From NCBI GenBank assembly GCA_934646115.1, contig CAKUEM010000001.1, forward strand, positions 22,889-86,888: 64,000 bases of DNA, written 5' to 3'. This document shows positions 1 through 5,862 of the stretch, piece after piece. Both the position numbers and the translations under genes were made by a program. Within the stretch, counting starts at the first letter, position 1, and each line of letters opens with the position of its first letter. The notes beneath the pieces are model-generated. The model ran no database searches and was not told where the DNA came from. It saw nothing but the letters and a program-made list of their open reading frames with translations. This DNA is from an uncultured Oscillospiraceae bacterium. Lineage in GTDB: Bacteria; Bacillota; Clostridia; Oscillospirales; JAAYXM01.

Positions 1-227
1 ATACCCCTAACGGCGCGCGATTTTAACGCCGCAAAGCAGCTGCTTCATTTCGCGGCGCGGCACGGCGTTTCCAAGGCGTGGTTTGGGTATGCTTTCATGC
101 GGGTTTCCCGCTTTCTTCCCGCTTTGATCACGGTTCTGGTTCTTTTGTTTCTGTTCCTTCTGTAATGGCAAAAGCGCCCTGCGGCAGCATCGTAGGGCGC
201 TTTTCTTCTTGCATTCCGCATAAAAAG

Positions 228-256
228 CAGGCGCATGAGATGATCTCATGCGCCTG
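228..256. terminator. Bidirectional intrinsic terminator hairpin downstream of the lipoprotein gene
   Basis: caggcgcatgaga-tga-tctcatgcgcctg forms a 13-bp perfect stem. There is an A-run on the 5' side and tttttt on the 3' side. Confidence 0.6.
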
Positions 257-269
257 TTTTTTAACGGTT

Positions 270-770
270 TTATTTATTATCGATCGAGCTGATTTCCACT
301 TCCACGCCGTGCTCTTTCGCCAGCGCCTGCGCCGCCTGATTATACTCCTCATACAGCGCGACCGCCTCTTTGATCTCCTCGTTTGCGTTCGTCATGCCCT
401 GCTCATCGTTTGTTTGCAGCGCCGTGCTCGCATGGTCGCAGCTGTCTTTCAGCTTCTGCAGCATTGTTTCATACTTCGCCTTTAACGCCTGAACCTCCTG
501 CGTCTCAAGCTGGATCTTCGTGATTTTATTGAGCGAATCGTTGATCCGCGGGAGGACCGCGCTATTGAGGTTCTCCTGCAGCTCCTCTGCGGTTTTAAAA
601 TTCTCCCACTTTGCAAACTCATCAGAGGTCGCGATCATATTCGTATTGATCTGGGCCATATCCGTGTTGATAAACTTCTGCAGCTCATCTGCCACCGGAT
701 CGCTGCCGCAGCCTGTGAGCAGCACAAGTCCCATCATTAAAATACACGCCCACACAGTTAATTTTTTCAT
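270..770 (-). CDS. Hypothetical secreted lipoprotein (166 aa)
   Basis: N-terminus MKKLTVWACILMMGLVLLTGCGSD is a signal peptide with a lipobox (LLTGC). The rest is helical and charged. No family recognised. Confidence 0.7.
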   Translation of the reverse strand: MKKLTVWACILMMGLVLLTGCGSDPVADELQKFINTDMAQINTNMIATSDEFAKWENFKTAEELQENLNSAVLPRINDSLNKITKIQLETQEVQALKAKYETMLQKLKDSCDHASTALQTNDEQGMTNANEEIKEAVALYEEYNQAAQALAKEHGVEVEISSIDNK

Positions 771-942
771 CGAAGAATCTCCTTTTCCTTTTTTATTTCA
801 ATGCGCGGTGCAAAATATTATGATCTGCGCATGATTACAAATCATATTCGGCAAAGAGACCGCAATGCTCACGCCATCCCGGATCACCCCTGCCGCTGCC
901 TGCGCACAGAATACAGTTTTGAAACATTCGCCACAATAAAAA

Positions 943-1248
943 CTAGCGCTGACCGCCCGGTTCTTTTTGAAAGCCCAGCAGCTTTCCGGGAAGATAGATC
1001 CACGGTCTTGCCAGAGCGGCATTATAATGCTCCGCTGCCTGCCGATAAATGCTTTCGCAGCGCCGCAGCACCTCTGAATGCTCTGCCTCCACGCCGCTTT
1101 CCCGTTTCCGGCAAAGAGCAAGCTGACCGGCGGCGCTTTCTACCATGCTTTTTCGAGTTTGCAAGACCCGCCGGGCCTCCCAGAACCAAAGCGATATAAA
1201 CGCCGCTGTGCTGATCCCGGCGACCAGCCATGCGATCCATGATGGCAT
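943..1248 (-). CDS. Small hypothetical membrane-anchored protein (101 aa)
   Basis: ATG at 1248 is preceded by ggaggag. One N-terminal TM segment (WIAWLVAGISTAAFISLWFW) is followed by a charged helical tail. Divergent from the LytTR operon. The longer ORF-track start has no RBS. Confidence 0.4.
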   Translation of the reverse strand: MPSWIAWLVAGISTAAFISLWFWEARRVLQTRKSMVESAAGQLALCRKRESGVEAEHSEVLRRCESIYRQAAEHYNAALARPWIYLPGKLLGFQKEPGGQR

Positions 1249-1333
1249 TTTGCGTTCATCTCCTCCCGATGCGCCCCGAGGTTTCACGCACATAGCATAC
1301 CAGACTTTTCTGCCGCATGCGCACCGCGCGCTT

Positions 1334-1364
1334 GAAATGTATCAATTTGCGGTGCGAAATGCAA
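1334..1364 (+). promoter_or_regulatory. Candidate LytTR-type operator: direct repeat GAAATGTAT-N13-GAAATGCAA upstream of the RR/HK operon
   Basis: Two 9-bp half sites start at 1334 and 1356 (22-bp phasing). They lie about 25 bp upstream of a tatgat/taaaat -10-like box at 1391-1400. The geometry resembles AgrA/ComE-type sites (9-bp repeats with a 12-13 bp spacer). Confidence 0.25.
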
Positions 1365-1435
1365 TACCGGACTGGAAAGCTGGCGCAGAATATGATAAAA
1401 TAATATTATTATGCTGTGTGAAAGGGGAGATCGCT

Positions 1436-2155
1436 TTGAATATCGCCGTGTGCGACGATCAGGCGGCAGAGCTGAAAACCGTGGTCGATCTGATCCACAG
1501 CTGGCAGGAGACGCATCATGCGGCGCTCCGCTGCCAGGACTTTCGCAATGCAAGCGAGCTGCTTGACGCGGCGCGGAAAGAGCGGTTTACCCTTTATTTG
1601 CTCGATGTGATGATGCCGGGCATCAGCGGGATGGACGCCGCGCGCGAGATCCGCAGCTTTGATAACGTCGCAGATATTGTATTTTTAACGTCCTCGCCGG
1701 GCTTTGCCTACGAAAGCTATGGTGTGAAAGCGCTGGAATATTTGCTAAAGCCTATCCATCAAAAGGCGCTGTTTCCCATTCTTGACCGCCTCTTTCTGCG
1801 CGAGCAGAAGCCGCAGGAGGGGCTGACCCTGAAGGTCGGCAGCACGCTGGTGCGCGTCCCGTTCTCGCAGCTCGCCTATGTGGAGGTGCGCGGCAAGCAT
1901 TTGTATTTTCATTTAACAAATGGGCAGGTGCGCGAGGTGGCCGGCTCTTTAAAAAATTATAAGTCGCTGCTGCTCGCCCGTCCGGAGTTTATGCATATCC
2001 ACCGCTCTTATATCGTAAATATGCTGCAAATCGAAGAGCTTTCACCCGCCGGTGTGGTCACGTTCTCCGGGCAAAGCCTTCCGATCTCCCGGCTGCTATA
2101 CTCGCAGCTTCAGAAGGATTATATGCAGCTTCTTTTTTCAGAAAGGAATGAGTAG
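1436..2155 (+). CDS. LytTR-family response regulator (receiver + LytTR DNA-binding domain)
   Basis: TTG start is in frame, 6 nt after the aaagggga RBS. Receiver motifs are IAVCDDQ and LYLLDVMMPGISG. The C-terminal LytTR signature is FMHIHRSYIVNM. The upstream part of the 336-aa ORF has no receiver similarity. Confidence 0.85.
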   Translation: MNIAVCDDQAAELKTVVDLIHSWQETHHAALRCQDFRNASELLDAARKERFTLYLLDVMMPGISGMDAAREIRSFDNVADIVFLTSSPGFAYESYGVKALEYLLKPIHQKALFPILDRLFLREQKPQEGLTLKVGSTLVRVPFSQLAYVEVRGKHLYFHLTNGQVREVAGSLKNYKSLLLARPEFMHIHRSYIVNMLQIEELSPAGVVTFSGQSLPISRLLYSQLQKDYMQLLFSERNE

Positions 2156-2158
2156 ATC

Positions 2159-3475
2159 ATGGCGCTCGTTGCCTATTCCCCCGCGCTGGTGCTTCTGTTT
2201 GTCTGGGCGCTGCTCTGGATTTTGATGGATCTGCACGTCCGTGATCTCACGCGGGCGCAGCGCTGGATCATGCCCGTTTCTATCGTGGTGCTTGCCGTGC
2301 TCAACCATCTGCTGCGGCTGCAGCTCGGCTCTGCCGTTTATGGAAAAACCATCGCGTTCACCATGCATCTCCCCATCTTTTTTCTGTTTTTGTATCTCTC
2401 AAAATGCGGCGTGATAAAAATGGCGTTTATGATCCTTTCCGCGCTGATTTTTTCTGCGCTCACCGTAATGGTCAGCGATCTGGTGCGTTTTTTCTTCTCC
2501 ACGTCGCGCACGGCGCTGCTCGTCAGCAATCTGTGCGCCTACGCCGTCGTGCTGCTGCTCGTGCAGTTCGTGTTCCGGCGCGGTGTGAGCTACCTGCTAA
2601 AATATGGCGATAATCGCATGTTTTTGCTGTTTTCGCTGGTTCCGATTTTATACTATATCTATGTGTTTGCCATTATGAATGTCCCACACGCGCCGCCCGC
2701 AACAATCAGCGAGCTGCTCGTGTTATACCTGCCCACGATGCAAGTGTTTGTATTTTATTTCCTGCTGCTTTATGTTTATAAAAACCTGAGCGAGCGAAAA
2801 AGCCTTGAAGCCGCGCAGTCGGCGCTTTCGCAGGAGCTGGACGCAGCGGCAGAGCAGGTTGCGCTTTTAAACCATGCACAGGCGCAAAGCGCCGTGTATC
2901 AGCACGATATGCGCCACCATCTTTCTATTTTAAATAGCTTTCTACTTGCCGGGCAGGCGCAGCAGGCGGAGGAATATATCCATAAGGTGCAGCATGATCT
3001 GGAAACGATCACGCCGCGGCACTATTGCGAAAATGAGCTGGTCAATCTGCTGTGCTCCTCGTTTTCCAATAAGGCGGAGCAGCTGCACGTGCAGCTTCTT
3101 TGCGAGGTGCGGCTTCCCAAAACGCTTGGCATCTCTGATACGGAGCTGTGCTCGCTGCTGTCCAATGGGCTGGAAAATGCACTGCGCGCCGCCGCTGAAC
3201 TGGAGGAGGACAATCGGCGCGTGCAGCTGTATTGCGGGCTGCGACTGGGCAAGCTTTTGATCGAGATTAAAAACCCCTATGCGGGGGCGGTGAAAATGCA
3301 GGGCGGCGTCCCGGTTTCCAACCGTACCGGACATGGCTATGGCTGCCGTAGTATGCAAACAATCGCCGAGCGGCGCGGCGGACTGTGTGCGTTCAAGGCG
3401 GAAAATGGCGTGTTTCAGCTTCAGCTGATCCTGCCGATGAAGATGGGCGCAGAAGCCCCGTCTCCCTATGCCTAA
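2159..3475 (+). CDS. AgrC/ComD-type (HPK10, GHKL ATPase_c_5) membrane sensor histidine kinase
   Basis: About 200 aa of polytopic membrane domain (6-7 hydrophobic helices). H-box YQHDMRHHLSIL, N-box LLSNGLENALRAA, G-box GHGYGCRSM. Starts 4 nt after the RR stop. Confidence 0.85.
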   Translation: MALVAYSPALVLLFVWALLWILMDLHVRDLTRAQRWIMPVSIVVLAVLNHLLRLQLGSAVYGKTIAFTMHLPIFFLFLYLSKCGVIKMAFMILSALIFSALTVMVSDLVRFFFSTSRTALLVSNLCAYAVVLLLVQFVFRRGVSYLLKYGDNRMFLLFSLVPILYYIYVFAIMNVPHAPPATISELLVLYLPTMQVFVFYFLLLYVYKNLSERKSLEAAQSALSQELDAAAEQVALLNHAQAQSAVYQHDMRHHLSILNSFLLAGQAQQAEEYIHKVQHDLETITPRHYCENELVNLLCSSFSNKAEQLHVQLLCEVRLPKTLGISDTELCSLLSNGLENALRAAAELEEDNRRVQLYCGLRLGKLLIEIKNPYAGAVKMQGGVPVSNRTGHGYGCRSMQTIAERRGGLCAFKAENGVFQLQLILPMKMGAEAPSPYA

Positions 3476-3477
3476 CG

Positions 3478-3720
3478 ATGTGCTGTTTCAGGCTTGGCAG
3501 CATGCCCCTGTCTGGCAGCAGCCTGCTCCGGGCGCGGCAGCGTGTGTTTGCAGTGCCTGACGGCGTGCTGCTCCAAGCGCGGCAACGTGTGTTTGCAGTG
3601 CCTGACGGCGTGCTGCTCCGGGCGCGGCAGCGTGTGTTTGCAGTGCCTGACGGCGTGCTGCTCCAAGCGCGGCAGCGCGTGTTTGCAGTGCCTGACGGTG
3701 TGCTGCTCCAAGTGCGATAG
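3478..3720 (+). CDS. Candidate 80-aa repeat peptide (15-aa unit ARQRVFAVPDGVLLQ x4 plus a partial copy)
   Basis: ATG lies 2 nt after the kinase stop and the ORF ends 25 nt before the operon terminator. Four of five variable repeat positions are codon position 3 of this frame, and three of them are synonymous. No obvious RBS, so this is tentative. Confidence 0.3.
   Translation: MCCFRLGSMPLSGSSLLRARQRVFAVPDGVLLQARQRVFAVPDGVLLRARQRVFAVPDGVLLQARQRVFAVPDGVLLQVR
3511..3711. repeat. 45-bp tandem direct repeat, 4 full copies (starts 3532, 3577, 3622, 3667) plus a degenerate partial copy (3511-3531)
   Basis: Unit is gcgcggcagcgtgtgtttgcagtgcctgacggcgtgctgctccaa. Copies 1 and 3 are identical. Copy 2 differs at unit positions 9 and 44-45. 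Copy 4 differs at positions 12 and 33. Confidence 0.95.
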
Positions 3721-3744
3721 CGCCTTTTAATAAAAGTAAAACTT

Positions 3745-3778
3745 AGCGGCGGAACGAAAAATCGTTCCGCCGCTTTTG
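3745..3778 (+). terminator. Intrinsic terminator of the LytTR/kinase/repeat transcription unit
   Basis: agcggcggaacga-aaaa-tcgttccgccgct forms a 13-bp perfect stem followed by tttt. Confidence 0.7.
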
Positions 3779-3825
3779 GATCCGCACGTTCCGTATAAAG
3801 CAGCACACTGTGTGCTAATGTTGCA

Positions 3826-3924
3826 GCTTTAGTCTGTCCACCCCGTGCGGGGTGGGACATAAAGGTGGTCATATTGGCTTTACCTAACTCAATTTCAATC
3901 CACCCCCCGTGCTGCAATAGTAAA
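3826..3924 (-). CRISPR. Decayed orphan CRISPR remnant: two type I-C-like repeats around one 33-nt spacer
   Basis: Read on the minus strand, repeat B (3892-about 3924) ends in cacggggggTGGATTGAAAT. That 3' end matches the type I-C repeat end GTGGATTGAAAT/C as I recall it. The spacer is 3859-3891 (33 nt). Repeat A (3826-3858) is GTCCCACCCCGCACGGGGTGGACAGACTAAAGC, i.e. GTC + 7-bp stem + GCAC loop + stem with a degenerate 3' end. No cas genes in the window. Confidence 0.35.
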
Positions 3925-3979
3925 ATAAAGGCAGACACATGGAAAACCACCATGTATCTGCCTTTATTTTACTATTGCA
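3913..3979. repeat. Long inverted repeat (23-bp perfect arms, extendable by acatgg/ccatgt)
   Basis: Arms are tgcaatagtaaaataaaggcaga (3913-3935) and tctgcctttattttactattgca (3957-3979). The left arm overlaps and appears to truncate the 5' half of CRISPR-like repeat B. Confidence 0.8.
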
Positions 3980-3997
3980 TAAACTGGTGGTTTGACC

Positions 3998-4042
3998 TGC
4001 CCCTTATAGGGGCTATTACCGGCATAGCCCCTATAAGGGGCA
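3998..4042. repeat. Second long inverted repeat (19-bp perfect arms, 7-nt loop)
   Basis: Arms are tgccccttataggggctat (3998-4016) and atagcccctataaggggca (4024-4042). Each arm is itself nearly palindromic. Confidence 0.8.
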
Positions 4043-4189
4043 CCGAATTATATTATCGCATCACACGCACTGCCACCCGTAAACGGGTACAGGCAAAGCC
4101 TCTTCCTTCAACATCTTTTTCTCATTCAAATGTTTCCTCTCAACTATTTGCTTTCCTTCGGAAAGCCTCATGCTAAAGCTATTTTTCTT

Positions 4190-4215
4190 CCCCCGGTAGA
4201 ACCGGGGGTTTATTT
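4190..4215 (+). terminator. Plus-strand terminator-like hairpin ending the structured non-coding tract
   Basis: cccccgg-tagaa-ccggggg is followed by tttatttcc. There is no recognisable plus-strand gene upstream. Confidence 0.4.
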
Positions 4216-4231
4216 CCACGCCTAAAGGCGC

Positions 4232-4269
4232 CAAAAAGAATGTCGGAGCAAAGCGAACTTTGCCCCGAC
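4232..4269 (-). terminator. Intrinsic terminator immediately after tRNA-Arg
   Basis: The minus-strand read gtcggggcaaag-ttcg-ctttgctccgac is followed by attcttttt. Confidence 0.6.
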
Positions 4270-4270
4270 A

Positions 4271-4347
4271 TGGTACGCCCGGCGGGATTCGAACCCACGA
4301 CCCCTTGATTCGTAGTCAAGTACTCTATCCAGCTGAGCTACGAGCGC
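4271..4347 (-). tRNA. tRNA-Arg (anticodon ACG), CCA encoded
   Basis: Reverse complement is GCGCTCGTAGCTCAGCTGGATAGAGTACTTGACTACGAATCAAGGGGTCGTGGGTTCGAATCCCGCCGGGCGTACCA. It folds as a cloverleaf with anticodon loop CTACGAA and T-loop GGTTCGAATCC. Confidence 0.9.
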
Positions 4348-4369
4348 GCACCGCATTTGATGCTTGTCT

Positions 4370-4398
4370 ATCATACCACAGCTTTTTAGGAAATGCAA
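4370..4398 (-). promoter_or_regulatory. Sigma-A type promoter for tRNA-Arg
   Basis: Minus strand reads TTGCAT (4398-4393), a 17-nt spacer, then TATGAT (4375-4370) preceded by TGG (extended -10). It lies about 20 nt upstream of the mature tRNA 5' end. Confidence 0.5.
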
Positions 4399-4403
4399 GA
4401 GCG

Positions 4404-4425
4404 AAATTTGAAAAAACAGATTTTT
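4404..4425 (+). repeat. Direct repeat copy 1 (aaatttgaaaaaacagattttt) flanking the transposase remnant
   Basis: It matches 4795-4815 apart from a single extra g. ttgtagg at 4428-4434 is the reverse complement of cctacaa at 4789-4795. Confidence 0.6.
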
Positions 4426-4540
4426 TCTTGTAGGATTATAATACGTCTTGGACAAGTGGATAAAAAGAGTATGAGAGATAGGGCCTCATGGATTATAGTT
4501 AAGTTATCACACACTTTACCGTAAGGAGACCATATCCCTC

Positions 4541-4745
4541 ATGAGCAAGAGCATAACACAAGGCATGGCATATCGGTAATCCCTAATGAAGTGCGTAGAA
4601 AAATACGGCGCCAGCCGAAAGTGCAATAAAAGCCGGTCATACATCTATTTCCGGAAGCGGCGTTGAGACGAAAGTGCGGCGTCCCTTGCCTGCCAGTCCA
4701 GACAGCCGCACAGCCACCCGAACCAGAACACGGAGACTTCTTCGC
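4541..4745 (+). pseudogene. N-terminal fragment of an IS481/IS3-superfamily (rve-type) transposase, inactivated
   Basis: An aaggag RBS precedes the ATG. The reading frame gives MSKSITQGMAYR*SLMKCVEKYGASRKCNKSRSYIYFRKRR*DESAASLACQSRQPHSHPNQNTE. This is an HTH followed by the L-x-D/C-x-SRRPH-x-x-P motif typical of IS481-like N-termini (from recall). In-frame stops are TAA at 4577 and TGA at 4664. No DDE core follows. Confidence 0.45.
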
Positions 4746-4794
4746 TGGCGCTCTCCCGCAGAAATCACTGTCCAATATGTTTGACAAACCTACA

Positions 4795-4815
4795 AAATTT
4801 AAAAAACAGATTTTT
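4795..4815 (+). repeat. Direct repeat copy 2 (aaatttaaaaaacagattttt)
   Basis: See copy 1 at 4404-4425. The two copies are 391 bp apart and bracket the transposase fragment. Confidence 0.6.
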
Positions 4816-4992
4816 CCCTCTTTGCACGCATTGGGGCACAGACCTTAAAAAAATATTAAATTCCCATTTACCTCGCGACAAATGCACGTCTTTGTGGTAT
4901 AATATTTGCGAATTGATCGCTGCGTCATGGCAATTGGCAAACGTGCATGCAAATCGACATGCCCGCTTATGTATGGGCCGCACAGCAGCCCA

Positions 4993-5163
4993 TCAATCGA
5001 TCATGCTCTGGAAATTATCGATCATATTCCCCACAGCGCGGAGCGCGCGCCCGGCATTGCTCTTCATCGCCCGCTTGCTCTTCGCCGATTTCGGCATCAG
5101 CACGGCGGCGCAGGTCGCGCCTACTGCAAGTCCTGTGGTCATTCCTTTTATAAACGAATTCAT
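4993..5163 (-). CDS. Small hypothetical protein (56 aa), possibly membrane associated
   Basis: ATG at 5163 lies 5 nt after gagggg. The sequence is MNSFIKGMTTGLAVGATCAAVLMPKSAKSKRAMKSNAGRALRAVGNMIDNFQSMID. The upstream part of the 126-aa ORF is AT-rich junk. Confidence 0.5.
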   Translation of the reverse strand: MNSFIKGMTTGLAVGATCAAVLMPKSAKSKRAMKSNAGRALRAVGNMIDNFQSMID

Positions 5164-5254
5164 GATTACCCCTCGTTTCTGTTTTATTTTCGCTATTAGT
5201 ATGCCCAAAATGATGTAATATTGCATGTGAATGTTCTGGAAAAGGAGAAAAAAT

Positions 5255-5845
5255 ATGAAAAAGTTTTTATCACTCGCCACGTTGGTGCTGCTTTTGTTTT
5301 CGCTTTGCTCCTGCCTGCCCGGCGATGAAGAGGACGTGATCACGATCGACCCCACTGCCACGCCGCCCACCACGCGCGAGGAGCTGTATTCTTATTACGA
5401 TCAGGTCCATCGCGGCATGACGCGCGCGGATGTCGAGGCGCTGTTCGGCAAGGGCGAAGCCAAGCAGGATGAAGACGGGCAAGAGACCTTTATCATGTAT
5501 AAAAATGAGAAAAAAAGCGCGGGCGTAAACATCATTTACGCCTTTGACGACACGGTGCATTCTAAAATTCTCTATTATAACAAGGCTGCGGATCTTGTTC
5601 CGTTCTGCACGCCGTTTGACGAATCTAAAATTTCTGAGCTTGAGGAAAACATGCCGGTCTCGAAGGCGACAGAGGTGTTCGGCGGTCCCGGGCTTGAGAT
5701 CGCCTGCGAATACAGCGCGAACAGCCCAACCGATTATTCTAAGATCCTTTCCTGGTTCAACGCGGACGGAAGCAATTTCCAAATTCACACGAACAATGAG
5801 ACCATCAGCCAGCGCGTGCTCAGCGTTGATCCATCGCGCCGCTGA
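5255..5845 (+). CDS. Hypothetical lipoprotein (196 aa)
   Basis: An aaaggag RBS is present. MKKFLSLATLVLLLFSLCSC is a signal peptide with a lipobox. The gene is directly upstream of pyrB with a 17-nt gap. Confidence 0.75.
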   Translation: MKKFLSLATLVLLLFSLCSCLPGDEEDVITIDPTATPPTTREELYSYYDQVHRGMTRADVEALFGKGEAKQDEDGQETFIMYKNEKKSAGVNIIYAFDDTVHSKILYYNKAADLVPFCTPFDESKISELEENMPVSKATEVFGGPGLEIACEYSANSPTDYSKILSWFNADGSNFQIHTNNETISQRVLSVDPSRR

Positions 5846-5862
5846 TCTGCGGAGGCAAGCTA

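Noticed and set aside
1145-1435. An N-terminal extension of the LytTR regulator (the 336-aa ORF-track version).
   Set aside because: The upstream 97 codons have no receiver-domain similarity and overlap the divergent promoter region. The receiver domain starts right after an RBS-supported TTG at 1436.
3494-3730. A Cys-rich reading of the tandem repeat: 78-aa ORF MAACPCLAAACSGRGSVCLQCLTACCSKRG..., which looks like a lanthipeptide- or AIP-like Cys-rich peptide.
   Set aside because: - In this frame every copy-to-copy difference is non-synonymous (S/N, V/A, A/V, K/G).
- The start is a TTG with no RBS.
- The frame starting at ATG 3478 explains the variation pattern better.
1-3800. AgrB/AgrD or ComC/ComAB-type partners for the LytTR/GHKL pair.
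   Set aside because: - No polytopic AgrB-like protein of about 190 aa, no double-glycine leader peptide and no peptidase-ABC exporter is encoded near the pair.
- Only the repeat ORF (reported as a finding) remains as a candidate signal gene.
3393-3953. A 186-aa minus-strand ORF across the repeat. In this frame too, the repeat differences are mostly synonymous.
   Set aside because: - It overlaps the kinase 3' end.
- It runs straight through a 13-bp terminator stem and the CRISPR-like repeats.
- It has no RBS, and the non-repeat parts look like random translation.
- Its third-position phase is shared with the plus frame for geometric reasons. It is kept only as a caveat.
4061-4171. A 36-aa minus-strand ORF (MRLSEGKQIVERKHLNEKKMLKEEALPVPVYGWQCV) in the structured tract.
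   Set aside because: No Shine-Dalgarno sequence and no recognisable family. It lies between hairpins and is probably a chance ORF.
5846-5862. A PyrR-binding attenuator upstream of pyrB.
   Set aside because: There are only 17 nt between the lipoprotein gene and pyrB, with no ARUCCAGAGAGGYU-like loop. Regulation, if any, must lie upstream of 5255.
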